In this document: positions 1 to 8,670 of the stretch, in pieces
How positions within the stretch are numbered: the first letter of the stretch is position 1
Layout: each line of letters begins with the position of its first letter
DNA from: Alphaproteobacteria bacterium
GTDB lineage: Bacteria; Pseudomonadota; Alphaproteobacteria; Rs-D84
Reading direction: 5' to 3'
Length of the DNA stretch: 59,849 nucleotides
Assembly: GCA_017631895.1 (NCBI GenBank)
Contig: JAGBSK010000003.1
Span: 1-59,849, forward strand
Position numbers and translations under genes: made by a program
Notes under the pieces: generated by a model
Told to the model about the DNA's origin: nothing
Seen by the model: the letters and a program-made list of their open reading frames with translations, nothing else
Database searches by the model: none

Positions 1-2
1 CA

Positions 3-425
3 TATGACGCCAAGTATAAAGGTTGGGTTAAATTTATTGATGGTACGGGGCTGGATATTAATCATAAACGTACAGGTTTGTCCAAGGCGGATTGTTCTAA
101 TGCTTCGACGTATGGTAAATATGTTCAAAGTGTGGACAAAAGTTGTAGTTTGAAGTGGACTGATGATAGTTATTGTGTAATAGAAGGTGGTTGCGTTTAT
201 GTTGATAACGAGGTTTTGACTGAAAAAGAGTATAATGGGCGGCAGGGTGCTGCAGCGTCTGCTTCGCAGTATGAACTTTGGGTTGAATATCAAAATTGGT
301 GTGAGAAGACAGCCAATGGTGATTTTAGGTTAGGGGAAAATAATGAACGTGAATGTTGGTGTGGGAAAAATCGTCTGCGTTCTGAATTACAGGTTTGCAA
401 GGATGGACAGATTGCAGATAGGTAA
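3..425 (+). CDS. 3' part of a Cys-rich hypothetical protein, truncated by the window start
   Basis: Frame is open from base 3 (YDAKYKGWVKF...) to TAA at 425; 8 Cys in the last 115 aa. Confidence 0.7.
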   Translation, partial: YDAKYKGWVKFIDGTGLDINHKRTGLSKADCSNASTYGKYVQSVDKSCSLKWTDDSYCVIEGGCVYVDNEVLTEKEYNGRQGAAASASQYELWVEYQNWCEKTANGDFRLGENNERECWCGKNRLRSELQVCKDGQIADR

Positions 426-428
426 AAA

Positions 429-1178
429 ATGAAAAGATTAAAAAATATCTTTGTTGAATTGTTGCTGGTGCTGGTGATTTGTGTGCCGGCGGTGGCGGAC
501 AATGGGTGCGAAAATGACGACAATGATGCAATTGTTGCAGAATTGGCGCTGTGTTCAACGCATGCTTATAACATTGGTGAAACCGAAAATCCAACGGGGG
601 CAGACAAAGAATTGATGCGCGATGTTATCGCGATGAAAACAACCCTTATTACGCAGCAGATGTATCGGCAATATGAACAGATGGATTCTATGTTGCGTCG
701 GTTAAAGACCCAGTTGGAAAAGGCTGTTTTAACCACAGGGCTTGAGGCCAAAGGTGCATCAAGCAGTTCGTCATCATCGTCTGGCGGTTCATCATTCAAA
801 TCTGATGACAGAAATATTCATATGGCAGGGGTTAAGAATTGCCTGAATTATTATCAGGATTCCGAGATATTAAAGTGTTATGAAGATAATCTGAACATGA
901 TTGTAAATATGTCGGGTAATGGTGATAGTGTCAGTTCAGAGTTGAAAAAACAACTGGTTCAGGATTTTTGTAAGTTATCTGATCAACTGATAAATGGCAC
1001 AGCAAATTGTAGTAATGAAAGAAATCGGTTTGAACATTATTGTAAAGTTGAGGGTGCTGAAAGACCGCAGACGTTGGATAAACGCAAATTTCAAAGTATG
1101 ATAGATTCTATGCGGTCGTGTTTGCAGAATCAATATCGTGCATATAACAATTCGCAAAAGCAAATGAAAAAACAATAA
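429..1178 (+). CDS. Secreted hypothetical protein with Ser-rich linker and several Cys
   Basis: 249-aa ORF; signal peptide (MKRLK...VPAVA); poly-Ser linker. Confidence 0.8.
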   Translation: MKRLKNIFVELLLVLVICVPAVADNGCENDDNDAIVAELALCSTHAYNIGETENPTGADKELMRDVIAMKTTLITQQMYRQYEQMDSMLRRLKTQLEKAVLTTGLEAKGASSSSSSSSGGSSFKSDDRNIHMAGVKNCLNYYQDSEILKCYEDNLNMIVNMSGNGDSVSSELKKQLVQDFCKLSDQLINGTANCSNERNRFEHYCKVEGAERPQTLDKRKFQSMIDSMRSCLQNQYRAYNNSQKQMKKQ

Positions 1179-1183
1179 TTTTA

Positions 1184-1206
1184 CACCCGCGGTTGCGGGT
1201 GTTTTT
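1184..1206. terminator. Intrinsic terminator between convergent genes
   Basis: ACACCCGC-GGTT-GCGGGTGT hairpin followed by a T run. Confidence 0.7.
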
Positions 1207-1227
1207 AGCGATTTATGGTGGGGGTGG

Positions 1228-1713
1228 TTATTTCTGGTTTTCGTTTTGTGCGCGGTATAACCAATTGAACATCTGGATTGTGTTGTCGGATGTTGCGATT
1301 TGATTAAGTGTGCGTTTGTGTGCCATTTCAACCAATTCAAAGAATTTTGGCGACAACATGGCAGTACCAATTTGTACGATTAGACGTTGTGTTTTATCAA
1401 AAAAGCGTCCGACATTGTATTTTGTTTCGGCACATGCAATGGTGCGGCCCCCCGTAAGGTTGGCGCCTGTGCCACGTTGTAATTTGATTTCGCCTTGTTT
1501 TTTGTCCATGTCATATGGCGCAAATTTTGAGCGTCTTGGGGCACCGCGTGGAACATAAACTATCAGTTGATATGGGTATTCCGCCAGGCCACGTTTGGTG
1601 AATTTAAACATCATGCTGTCATCGCTGCAAGTTGCGTCGACCGTTGTGTTGCGGTCGGTGATAAATGCTGCAGTGATGTCATAGATTTCGTTGATTGTGC
1701 ATGTTTTTGACAT
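1228..1713 (-). CDS. Hypothetical protein
   Basis: Start set at MSKTC behind an AAAGGA SD; TTGACA/TATACT promoter at 1741-1768 on the - strand. Confidence 0.7.
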   Translation of the reverse strand: MSKTCTINEIYDITAAFITDRNTTVDATCSDDSMMFKFTKRGLAEYPYQLIVYVPRGAPRRSKFAPYDMDKKQGEIKLQRGTGANLTGGRTIACAETKYNVGRFFDKTQRLIVQIGTAMLSPKFFELVEMAHKRTLNQIATSDNTIQMFNWLYRAQNENQK

Positions 1714-1833
1714 GTTAAATCCTTTTTTGTCGTTGTTGTGAGTATAATACAAAACGATATTATGTCAAGTATTTTTGTTCTTTTTTATGTGGCGTAAATA
1801 TGGTATAATTTGATTCAAAAGGAGTTGTTTATT

Positions 1834-3123
1834 ATGAAAAAATCATTGTCTGTTATTGTTGGTTTGTTGGTGTCATTGGGCGCGGTAAGTGCGGATGCGG
1901 CCACAAACTGGGGGACGCGTGCGGGGTCTAGTGCCGATTTATCAAGTGCGCCGGCCACGCGTACACGTGAAAAGGTTAACTATGAAAAATATCAGACGCG
2001 TACGTTGACCAAGACATATGAGTCTAAGGATGCGGGTGATTTGTATTATACAAAACCACAAAATCGCAGCGCGTTGTATAAACAGTACGAAGGGGCAAAT
2101 TCTTCGTCTGCGCGCGCAACAAAAACAACGCAACGTACAACGCGTTCCGAAAAGGTTGTAAATAAAATGCGTCGTAAATATTTCTTGGCGCATCCGTTCT
2201 ATCAGCCATTGGGTGGAATGTTCGGTTCGCATACTGATTTGTCGTATAACAGCAGTTCATATGATTTTACAATTAATCAGACTGTGCCAGTAATTGACCA
2301 GGGGGGTAATGCAAGTTTGGTTTGGAATGGATTGGGCGGTAAATGGGATATGACCGGGTTTTCAGTCAAGGAAGATTTTAGTTATGGTATCACAGACCGT
2401 ATCGCCGTTTTGGGGATGTTGCAGTATGATATGAATGAATACAAATTCGAATGGGATGATGATTCGCCAGATGACAAAATGGACGATGATGGTTTTAATA
2501 TGTTTGGATTGGGCGCACAATGGCGTTTTGCCGATACAACCGAATGGATTGCAACCGCAAGTGCATATTTTCAGCATCAGAAAGATATTTCGAATAATTT
2601 CTTGATTGAATTAAAAGGTGGGTACAAGGTATCAACATCTACAATCTATGGTTTGGCACGTGGTTGGTATATTGACCTGGATGGCAATTCTTATGGAAAT
2701 GGTATCAGCGATAAAAATGCATTGGGTGGTGTGTCCACCATGTATATCCCATATCAGGTTGGCGACAGCAGCGCTATGTACCTGGAAGCGGGATTGGGTG
2801 TGTTTAGTGTGCTGAACGAGGATTGGACGCTGAATGTCGAGGCTGTTTTTGGTGATTATGATTGGCATAATCAGGGAACAATCAAGGGTGCAATTGGTTG
2901 GCAGCCAAATGATTGGTTTGCGTTAAATCTGTATGCAAAAATGGCTTTCTATGACAGTGCGGATGGAAAAAATCTGGGATTCTATTGGATGGAACCAGAT
3001 GCGCAATATCAAGACGCAGAAGGGAATCTGCAATATCTGACGGATTTTACCAAACTGGGTACGGTTGAATTGGAAAATTATGCAGAAACAAAAATTGGTT
3101 TGCAGGTAATGTTCCAGTTTTAA
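1834..3123 (+). CDS. Outer-membrane beta-barrel protein with basic N-terminal extension
   Basis: Signal peptide, AAGGAG SD, alternating aromatic/Gly beta-strands, C-terminal Phe (VMFQF). Confidence 0.75.
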   Translation: MKKSLSVIVGLLVSLGAVSADAATNWGTRAGSSADLSSAPATRTREKVNYEKYQTRTLTKTYESKDAGDLYYTKPQNRSALYKQYEGANSSSARATKTTQRTTRSEKVVNKMRRKYFLAHPFYQPLGGMFGSHTDLSYNSSSYDFTINQTVPVIDQGGNASLVWNGLGGKWDMTGFSVKEDFSYGITDRIAVLGMLQYDMNEYKFEWDDDSPDDKMDDDGFNMFGLGAQWRFADTTEWIATASAYFQHQKDISNNFLIELKGGYKVSTSTIYGLARGWYIDLDGNSYGNGISDKNALGGVSTMYIPYQVGDSSAMYLEAGLGVFSVLNEDWTLNVEAVFGDYDWHNQGTIKGAIGWQPNDWFALNLYAKMAFYDSADGKNLGFYWMEPDAQYQDAEGNLQYLTDFTKLGTVELENYAETKIGLQVMFQF

Positions 3124-3188
3124 TGGTTGACTGTTTTGCCCCCAGGTTCCTGGGGGTATTGGTTTGTGTTTTTTAGGGAGAGGGTATT

Positions 3189-3926
3189 ATGCGTAAGTTT
3201 TTATCTGTATTTTTGTTGTTGGGTATTATGGCGATGCCAATGCATGTGCGTGCGAATGATTTGGCAACCGATACATCTGACCCGTTGTTTTTGCAGGGAA
3301 TAGAGGAAGTTTTATCGACATCGTCAATTTCATATTGGGACCATATAGCGGGGGTGGGGCAGTCGCTGTCGTATGGGATGAACAATCGTTTGGCAATTGG
3401 TGCAAATGTTCGGTATCAACACGATTTTAATGGACCAGAAGATGGATTCGCTGCAATTGATTTAGGTGGTGTGTACCGTATGGGGAATGCGGATGATAAT
3501 GATTCGCATATAATTTCGGATGTATTGTTTGGATTTAAATTCGGGGGCAGTCATCGTGTGCGTACGCCGGATTATGCGGATTCTACGTACTATGTTGGAT
3601 TACGCATGGGGCGTCAATGGGCGGGTGTCACATTGGCAGCAACCGTTAAATCAACCTGGGTTTTTGATGATGAACGTGGCGTTGCGTTTTTGGACTTTAC
3701 GCCCGAGGCTTATTTTCGCACCGCCCCAGATTGGCGTGTTGGGTTGGGCTTGACCGTGCGCAAAGCAACGCATAATGATCTGAAATATGGTATAGACTAT
3801 GACCAGGAATGGTTGCATCTGAAATTGGTACGTCAATATGGGCGCACACAGTATGTTGGGCATGTGGACTATGAGTTTGAATCAGATGATGCACAGGTTG
3901 GGGCACGTGTTAACATCCTGTTCTAA
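3189..3926 (+). CDS. Outer-membrane beta-barrel protein
   Basis: Signal peptide; amphipathic strands; C-terminal VNILF. Confidence 0.7.
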   Translation: MRKFLSVFLLLGIMAMPMHVRANDLATDTSDPLFLQGIEEVLSTSSISYWDHIAGVGQSLSYGMNNRLAIGANVRYQHDFNGPEDGFAAIDLGGVYRMGNADDNDSHIISDVLFGFKFGGSHRVRTPDYADSTYYVGLRMGRQWAGVTLAATVKSTWVFDDERGVAFLDFTPEAYFRTAPDWRVGLGLTVRKATHNDLKYGIDYDQEWLHLKLVRQYGRTQYVGHVDYEFESDDAQVGARVNILF

Positions 3927-3930
3927 AAAA

Positions 3931-4028
3931 TAAATTATAATGACCTATCTGCACGCGGTGCCGACAACTCATGTAGCGTTTGTACATTACGTTGTCGGCA
4001 CTACGTGCATCTAAATCATTCTAATTCA
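3931..4028. repeat. Conserved-core hairpin element, copy 1
   Basis: TAAATTATAATGACCTATCT-GCACGCGGTGCCGACAAC-TCAT-GTAGCGTTTGTACATTAC-GTTGTCGGCACTACGTGC-ATCTAAATCATTCTAATTCA. Confidence 0.9.
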
Positions 4029-4067
4029 TTTTTTACCAAGCAAGGGGTTGGGCAGGGTGGATTTTGT

Positions 4068-4095
4068 TTGACAATATTTTATTTTGTGCTATGCT
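4068..4095 (+). promoter_or_regulatory. Sigma70-like promoter for fabD
   Basis: TTGACA-N16-TATGCT with extended -10 TG. Confidence 0.5.
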
Positions 4096-4104
4096 TTCGT
4101 TGCT

Positions 4105-5070
4105 ATGCAAGAGAAGATAATTTTTGTTTTTCCGGGTCAGGGGGCGCAATATGTTGGTATGGGCGCCGATATTTGTCGTGAATTTGCGTCGGCTTGGTAT
4201 GTTTTTGAACAGGTGTCCGATATTGCAAAACGTGATATGGCGAAAATTTGTTTTGATGGACCCCAGTCTGAACTGAATACGCCGGAAAACACATCGTTGG
4301 CAACTTTTACCCATTCTGTTGCCATTGCCCATGTAATCGAAAACGAATATGGCATGCCATTGCATACACTTGCATATGCTATGGCGGGACATTCAATGGG
4401 GCAATATTCTGCGTTGCACTGTGTGGGCAGCATGAAAATCACGGATGCGGTTCAGATGTTGGCGGCGCGGGCGACCTATATGCAAAATGTCGCGGGCGAA
4501 GGTGGAATGGCCGCAATTGTTGGACTGGGCAAGGATGAAATTGAACAATGTATGGTGGCTGCCGCAGGTCTGGGGTATGCCCAGATTTCAAATCATAATG
4601 CCCGCGACCAGTTTGTTATCAGTGGGCATAATGTGGCGTTGGATGCAATCGTAGAAAATGCACAAAAGCGTGGTGCGCGTATTGCAAAACGTCTGAATGT
4701 TGCGGTGCCGGCACATTGCGCGTTGATGAGTAATGCTGAAAAATTATTGCGTGCACGAATGGATTCAATTTTGTTTGAAGCACCAAAAACAAATTGGTAT
4801 TCAAATCAGACGGCAAATTTTATGTCAAATCCGCGTGATGTACGTGATGCGTTGTGTAATCAGATGACGCATGGTGTGCGATGGGCGGATATTATGGAAA
4901 CTTTTCCAACGTATAACATTACCCGTGCCTATGAGTTGGGGCCGGGGCGTACGTTGACTGGTTTGATTAAGCGTGCAAATGTTGGTTGCGTATCTCGTCA
5001 AACGGATACGGCATCAAATGTGCGGACTGTGTTGCGTGAAATTGGCGATATTTTGATAAAGTCGCGTTAA
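4105..5070 (+). CDS. fabD: Malonyl CoA-ACP transacylase
   Basis: FVFPGQGAQYVGMG, GHSMGQY nucleophile motif, VAVPAHC, ELGPG. Confidence 0.95.
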   Translation: MQEKIIFVFPGQGAQYVGMGADICREFASAWYVFEQVSDIAKRDMAKICFDGPQSELNTPENTSLATFTHSVAIAHVIENEYGMPLHTLAYAMAGHSMGQYSALHCVGSMKITDAVQMLAARATYMQNVAGEGGMAAIVGLGKDEIEQCMVAAAGLGYAQISNHNARDQFVISGHNVALDAIVENAQKRGARIAKRLNVAVPAHCALMSNAEKLLRARMDSILFEAPKTNWYSNQTANFMSNPRDVRDALCNQMTHGVRWADIMETFPTYNITRAYELGPGRTLTGLIKRANVGCVSRQTDTASNVRTVLREIGDILIKSR

Positions 5071-6338
5071 TTGTTTTTATTAATTTTTTTGCGCAAAGTA
5101 TCCCAATATTCCAGTCTTTTTTTGATTTCGCGTTCGAATCCACGTTCAACCGGTTCGTAAAACTTTTTGCGTCCCATGGATTCTGGGAAACAGTTCTGAC
5201 CGGAAAATCCGGTTGTAGTATCCGGGTCATATACATAGCCCGCATTATATCCCAAATTTTTCATCATTTTGGTTGGTGCGTTCAGGATGTTTTTTGGGGG
5301 CATTAAACTGCCTGTTTCGCGGGCGCATGCGTATGCCGCCTTTTGTGCGCGATAATTGCCAATGCTTTTTGGGGCGGTCCCCAGGTATATTACCAATTGC
5401 GTCAGGGCAAGGTCGCCTTCGGGGCTGCCCAATCTTTCATATGCCTGCCATGCGGCAATTGCGATTTGCAATGCGTTTGGGTCGGCCAGGCCCACATCTT
5501 CGACCGCAAATCGCGTCAGGCGACGGAATATGTACATTGGGTCCTGGCCCGATGTCATCATGCGGGCGGTCCAATAAAGGGCGGCGTCTGTATCACTTGC
5601 GCGCAGGGATTTGTGCACCGCGGATATTAAATTATAGTGTTCGTCGCCATGTTTGTCTGATAATGGTGCGCGTTTCTGTACGGCGGAATCCAGGGCGTCG
5701 GGTGATAATGGTTTCTTGAAATTTGCATTAAACAGATATTCAACCGTGTTCAGTAAAAAGCGTGCGTCGCCGTCCGCCATCTGGGCCAGGTGTGTTCGCG
5801 TTTCATTTTCTAGTGGTAATTTTTTATCAATAAATTCTTCGGCGCGCCCCATTAATGTCAACAGGTCTTCTGTGGACAATGGTTGCAGAACACCAATATG
5901 ACAACGTGATAATAATGCGTTGTTCAAATTAAAACTGGGGTTTTCGGTTGTGGCACCAATGAATACGACTGTGCCATCTTCCAAATATGGCAGCAGGGTG
6001 TCCTGTTGCGTTTTGTTAAATCGGTGGATTTCGTCTATGAATAATAATGTTGCGCGTCCAATGTCGCGGTTCATGCGGGCGGCATCCATTGCCTTTTTAA
6101 TGTCGGCGGTGCCAGAAAAGACCGCGGACATTGGCACAAAGTCCATGTCAACAGAATTAGCCAATGCGCGTGCAATTGTGGTCTTGCCACACCCGGGCGG
6201 TCCCCATAAAATCAAATTAGATAACTTTTTATTGTCAACCATACGACGGACCAGACCGTTTTCGCCCAACAGGGTGGTTTGCCCGATAACTTCGTCTATT
6301 GTGTTTGGGCGCATTAAATCGGCAAGTGGTCGTGTCAT
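5067..6338 (-). CDS. rarA: Replication-associated recombination protein A (MgsA family AAA+ ATPase)
   Basis: RPLADLMRP, GPPGCGKTT, IDEIHRFNKTQQD, ATTENPSF, ISAVHKSLR. Confidence 0.95.
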   Translation of the reverse strand: MTRPLADLMRPNTIDEVIGQTTLLGENGLVRRMVDNKKLSNLILWGPPGCGKTTIARALANSVDMDFVPMSAVFSGTADIKKAMDAARMNRDIGRATLLFIDEIHRFNKTQQDTLLPYLEDGTVVFIGATTENPSFNLNNALLSRCHIGVLQPLSTEDLLTLMGRAEEFIDKKLPLENETRTHLAQMADGDARFLLNTVEYLFNANFKKPLSPDALDSAVQKRAPLSDKHGDEHYNLISAVHKSLRASDTDAALYWTARMMTSGQDPMYIFRRLTRFAVEDVGLADPNALQIAIAAWQAYERLGSPEGDLALTQLVIYLGTAPKSIGNYRAQKAAYACARETGSLMPPKNILNAPTKMMKNLGYNAGYVYDPDTTTGFSGQNCFPESMGRKKFYEPVERGFEREIKKRLEYWDTLRKKINKNN

Positions 6339-6408
6339 TTTACTTGGCTTTTATTTAGTGTTCATTTGTGGTATAATTATATTATTAAATTATAAAGGAA
6401 TTGGCAAG

Positions 6409-6765
6409 TTGGTAAATAAAAATTCTGAATTTACGCTGGCGGTTGCTAATCTGGCGGCGGCGGCGATAAATGCAAATCCAAAGTTGACTATGGAGCAGGC
6501 GGTTAAAAACGCGCGCGAGATTTTACGCGGTACGTCCGTCACGCCACAGCAAATCGAAGATTCTGTGATGCCAGATAAAATTCAATGTCTGGAAGATGGT
6601 ACGTGGCATGTAATGTTGCGACGCTATATCAAGCGCAGATTTAATCTGACCCCGCAACAGTATCGTGAAAAGTGGGGATTGCCTGATGATTATCCGTTTG
6701 TGGCACCTGCGTATGCGCGCAAGCGGTCAAAAATTGCAAAAAAAACAGGATTGGGGAAAAAATAA
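6409..6765 (+). CDS. MucR/Ros family transcriptional regulator
   Basis: CLEDG...LTPQQYREKWGLPDDYPFVAPAYARKRSKIAKKTGLG; probable TTG start behind AAAGGA. Confidence 0.85.
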   Translation: MVNKNSEFTLAVANLAAAAINANPKLTMEQAVKNAREILRGTSVTPQQIEDSVMPDKIQCLEDGTWHVMLRRYIKRRFNLTPQQYREKWGLPDDYPFVAPAYARKRSKIAKKTGLGKK

Positions 6766-6766
6766 A

Positions 6767-8644
6767 ATGGCAGAAAAATTTAAAAAAATTGTAAATTTTC
6801 CACACAAGGCTTTTGGGCGTGCAAGCCAGGCAATCATGCGTATGCACCCAGATAAATGGTATGGGAAAGTAGCCAAGGGGGCGGGGTTGACCATGACGGG
6901 TTTGGCTCAGTTTTTATTCTGGGCGACGAAATATATTACGTTGGACAATCATGCGTTGCGTGCGGGCGAGAAAAAACTGCGTAATATGCAGGTTGGTAAA
7001 AATAAAAAAGGCGAAAATAAAAAATTACAGGAATTTATGAAACGATATCCGAATTTTTCGTCGCATATGATTTACTATATGTTAATCGCATCAATCGCGG
7101 GTGGAATCAAGGCGGGGGTGGAAATTTCTGATTTAGTTGAACAGGTAAAAATAGAACGCGAAGCCGAACGTGCAAAACGGGGTACGTATGCAGAATACCT
7201 GGATAAAATGCGGGGGGCGTTGCCGTATTTGGTGGCGGACCTGATTGCCAAAGAAGGGGTGCGTGTTAACGAGCAGGGAATGCATATTCCATATCTGGAT
7301 GGACGTGGGGTTTGGACAATTGGTTTTGGTTCGACTATGTTAAAGGACAAGACCAGTGTTACGCCCGATACGCCACCAATCACAACCCAAGAGGCATACG
7401 AGTTGGCTTGTTGGCATATTATGGAAAATGAAACTTTGTTCAGGCTGTATTGTTATGATGTGGCGTTTTCTGATGTTGATATAAGTCGGGTGGGGGAACT
7501 GATTGCGTTATCGTCGGCGACATATAATGTTGGTACTGATTTAATAGAACAACCAAAGATTAATGGGAAAAGAAATCGTAAATACGAGGAACGTTTTGCA
7601 GAACTGGATAAACTGCATGCGCAGTATGGTAATGCAATTACAAATGATATGGTGCGGGAAGTGTTTGCAAAATATCCCGTCCTGCATATGACGTCGGTTG
7701 GCGAAGCTTGGTTAAAAGGGGGGGGTGAAGATGAAGTCGCCAATAGTTTAGGGAACTATTTGAAAGGTGGGAATGGTTTAAAATGGCGCAGATGGCTGGA
7801 AGCCCAGGTTATGAAAGGAAACATACAACCAGAAGTTTTTTTGAATATTCCCGTTGGTGGGTTCTATGAATTTTACAAGATTGTTGGTGATAAACGTGAA
7901 AACTGGTTCGTTGAAAAGAATGGTAAACGTACAGTCAATGATGAAACCTTGGTGCGTTTTAATCAGTGGCTTGCAAATCCAGTAGATAAATATGGGCATC
8001 CGTTGGTCGGTAATAACTGGAAACATGTGTCCGATTGGTTGCCGGCGGACATTGCACAGCAATGTTTGGCGGGTAAATGTGAAATCGGTGCGCCAAGTAT
8101 TTGGGACAAGGTATTAAAGTCTGATAAGAAAAAGAAAGAGGCTGAACAGGTTGAAATTAAAACCTATGTTATTGGTTATGATGAATTATATGCTGATGCG
8201 CTTGGTGCGTATCGGGCGGGGGATTTTAATGCAGCCGCGGAAAAATATCAGAATATGATTGCGCAATACCCAGATAATGCTTTGTTGCGTAATGATTTGG
8301 CGGCGACATATAATAAACTGGGTAAATATAATGAAGCAATTGCCCAGGCACGCGAAGTGGTTCAGCGTATTGGTGATAAATCTCAGTATGGTGCCGCACA
8401 ATATAATGCGGGTTTTGCGTATGAACAATTGGGAAATTTACAAAAGGCGCTGGCGAATTATAAATTGGCACTGGCAAATGGAAATCGACGAGTTCAGGCA
8501 GATATTACACGTGTTTCTGAAAAGTTGAAACAGGTTGGTAATAAAAAGATGGCGTTTAATGCAGGGGTAAAACAAATTCATCAGAAAAATGCAAAAAAGG
8601 ATTTGTTGCTGTATGGGCAGGAATTCAAGGGAAATATGGCATAG
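6767..8644 (+). CDS. Membrane-anchored GH24 (phage-type) lysozyme with C-terminal TPRs
   Basis: KEG...PYLDGRGVWTIGFGS, TYNVG and GLKWRRWLEA lysozyme motifs; N-terminal hydrophobic segments; TPR-like repeats near the C-terminus. Confidence 0.75.
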   Translation: MAEKFKKIVNFPHKAFGRASQAIMRMHPDKWYGKVAKGAGLTMTGLAQFLFWATKYITLDNHALRAGEKKLRNMQVGKNKKGENKKLQEFMKRYPNFSSHMIYYMLIASIAGGIKAGVEISDLVEQVKIEREAERAKRGTYAEYLDKMRGALPYLVADLIAKEGVRVNEQGMHIPYLDGRGVWTIGFGSTMLKDKTSVTPDTPPITTQEAYELACWHIMENETLFRLYCYDVAFSDVDISRVGELIALSSATYNVGTDLIEQPKINGKRNRKYEERFAELDKLHAQYGNAITNDMVREVFAKYPVLHMTSVGEAWLKGGGEDEVANSLGNYLKGGNGLKWRRWLEAQVMKGNIQPEVFLNIPVGGFYEFYKIVGDKRENWFVEKNGKRTVNDETLVRFNQWLANPVDKYGHPLVGNNWKHVSDWLPADIAQQCLAGKCEIGAPSIWDKVLKSDKKKKEAEQVEIKTYVIGYDELYADALGAYRAGDFNAAAEKYQNMIAQYPDNALLRNDLAATYNKLGKYNEAIAQAREVVQRIGDKSQYGAAQYNAGFAYEQLGNLQKALANYKLALANGNRRVQADITRVSEKLKQVGNKKMAFNAGVKQIHQKNAKKDLLLYGQEFKGNMA

Positions 8645-8670
8645 GTTCCTGAGGAAAAGGATAAAAAAGT

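Noticed and set aside
3931-4028. Hairpin elements as integron attC sites
   Set aside because: No RYYYAAC/GTTRRRY ends, no integrase, and the adjacent genes are housekeeping; kept only as an analogy.
5920-6408. Long N-terminal extension of the MucR ORF
   Set aside because: It is the antisense shadow of rarA; an SD and TTG at 6409 give a normal-sized protein.
6767-8644. Prophage inferred from the lysozyme
   Set aside because: No structural, holin, integrase or replication phage genes flank it.
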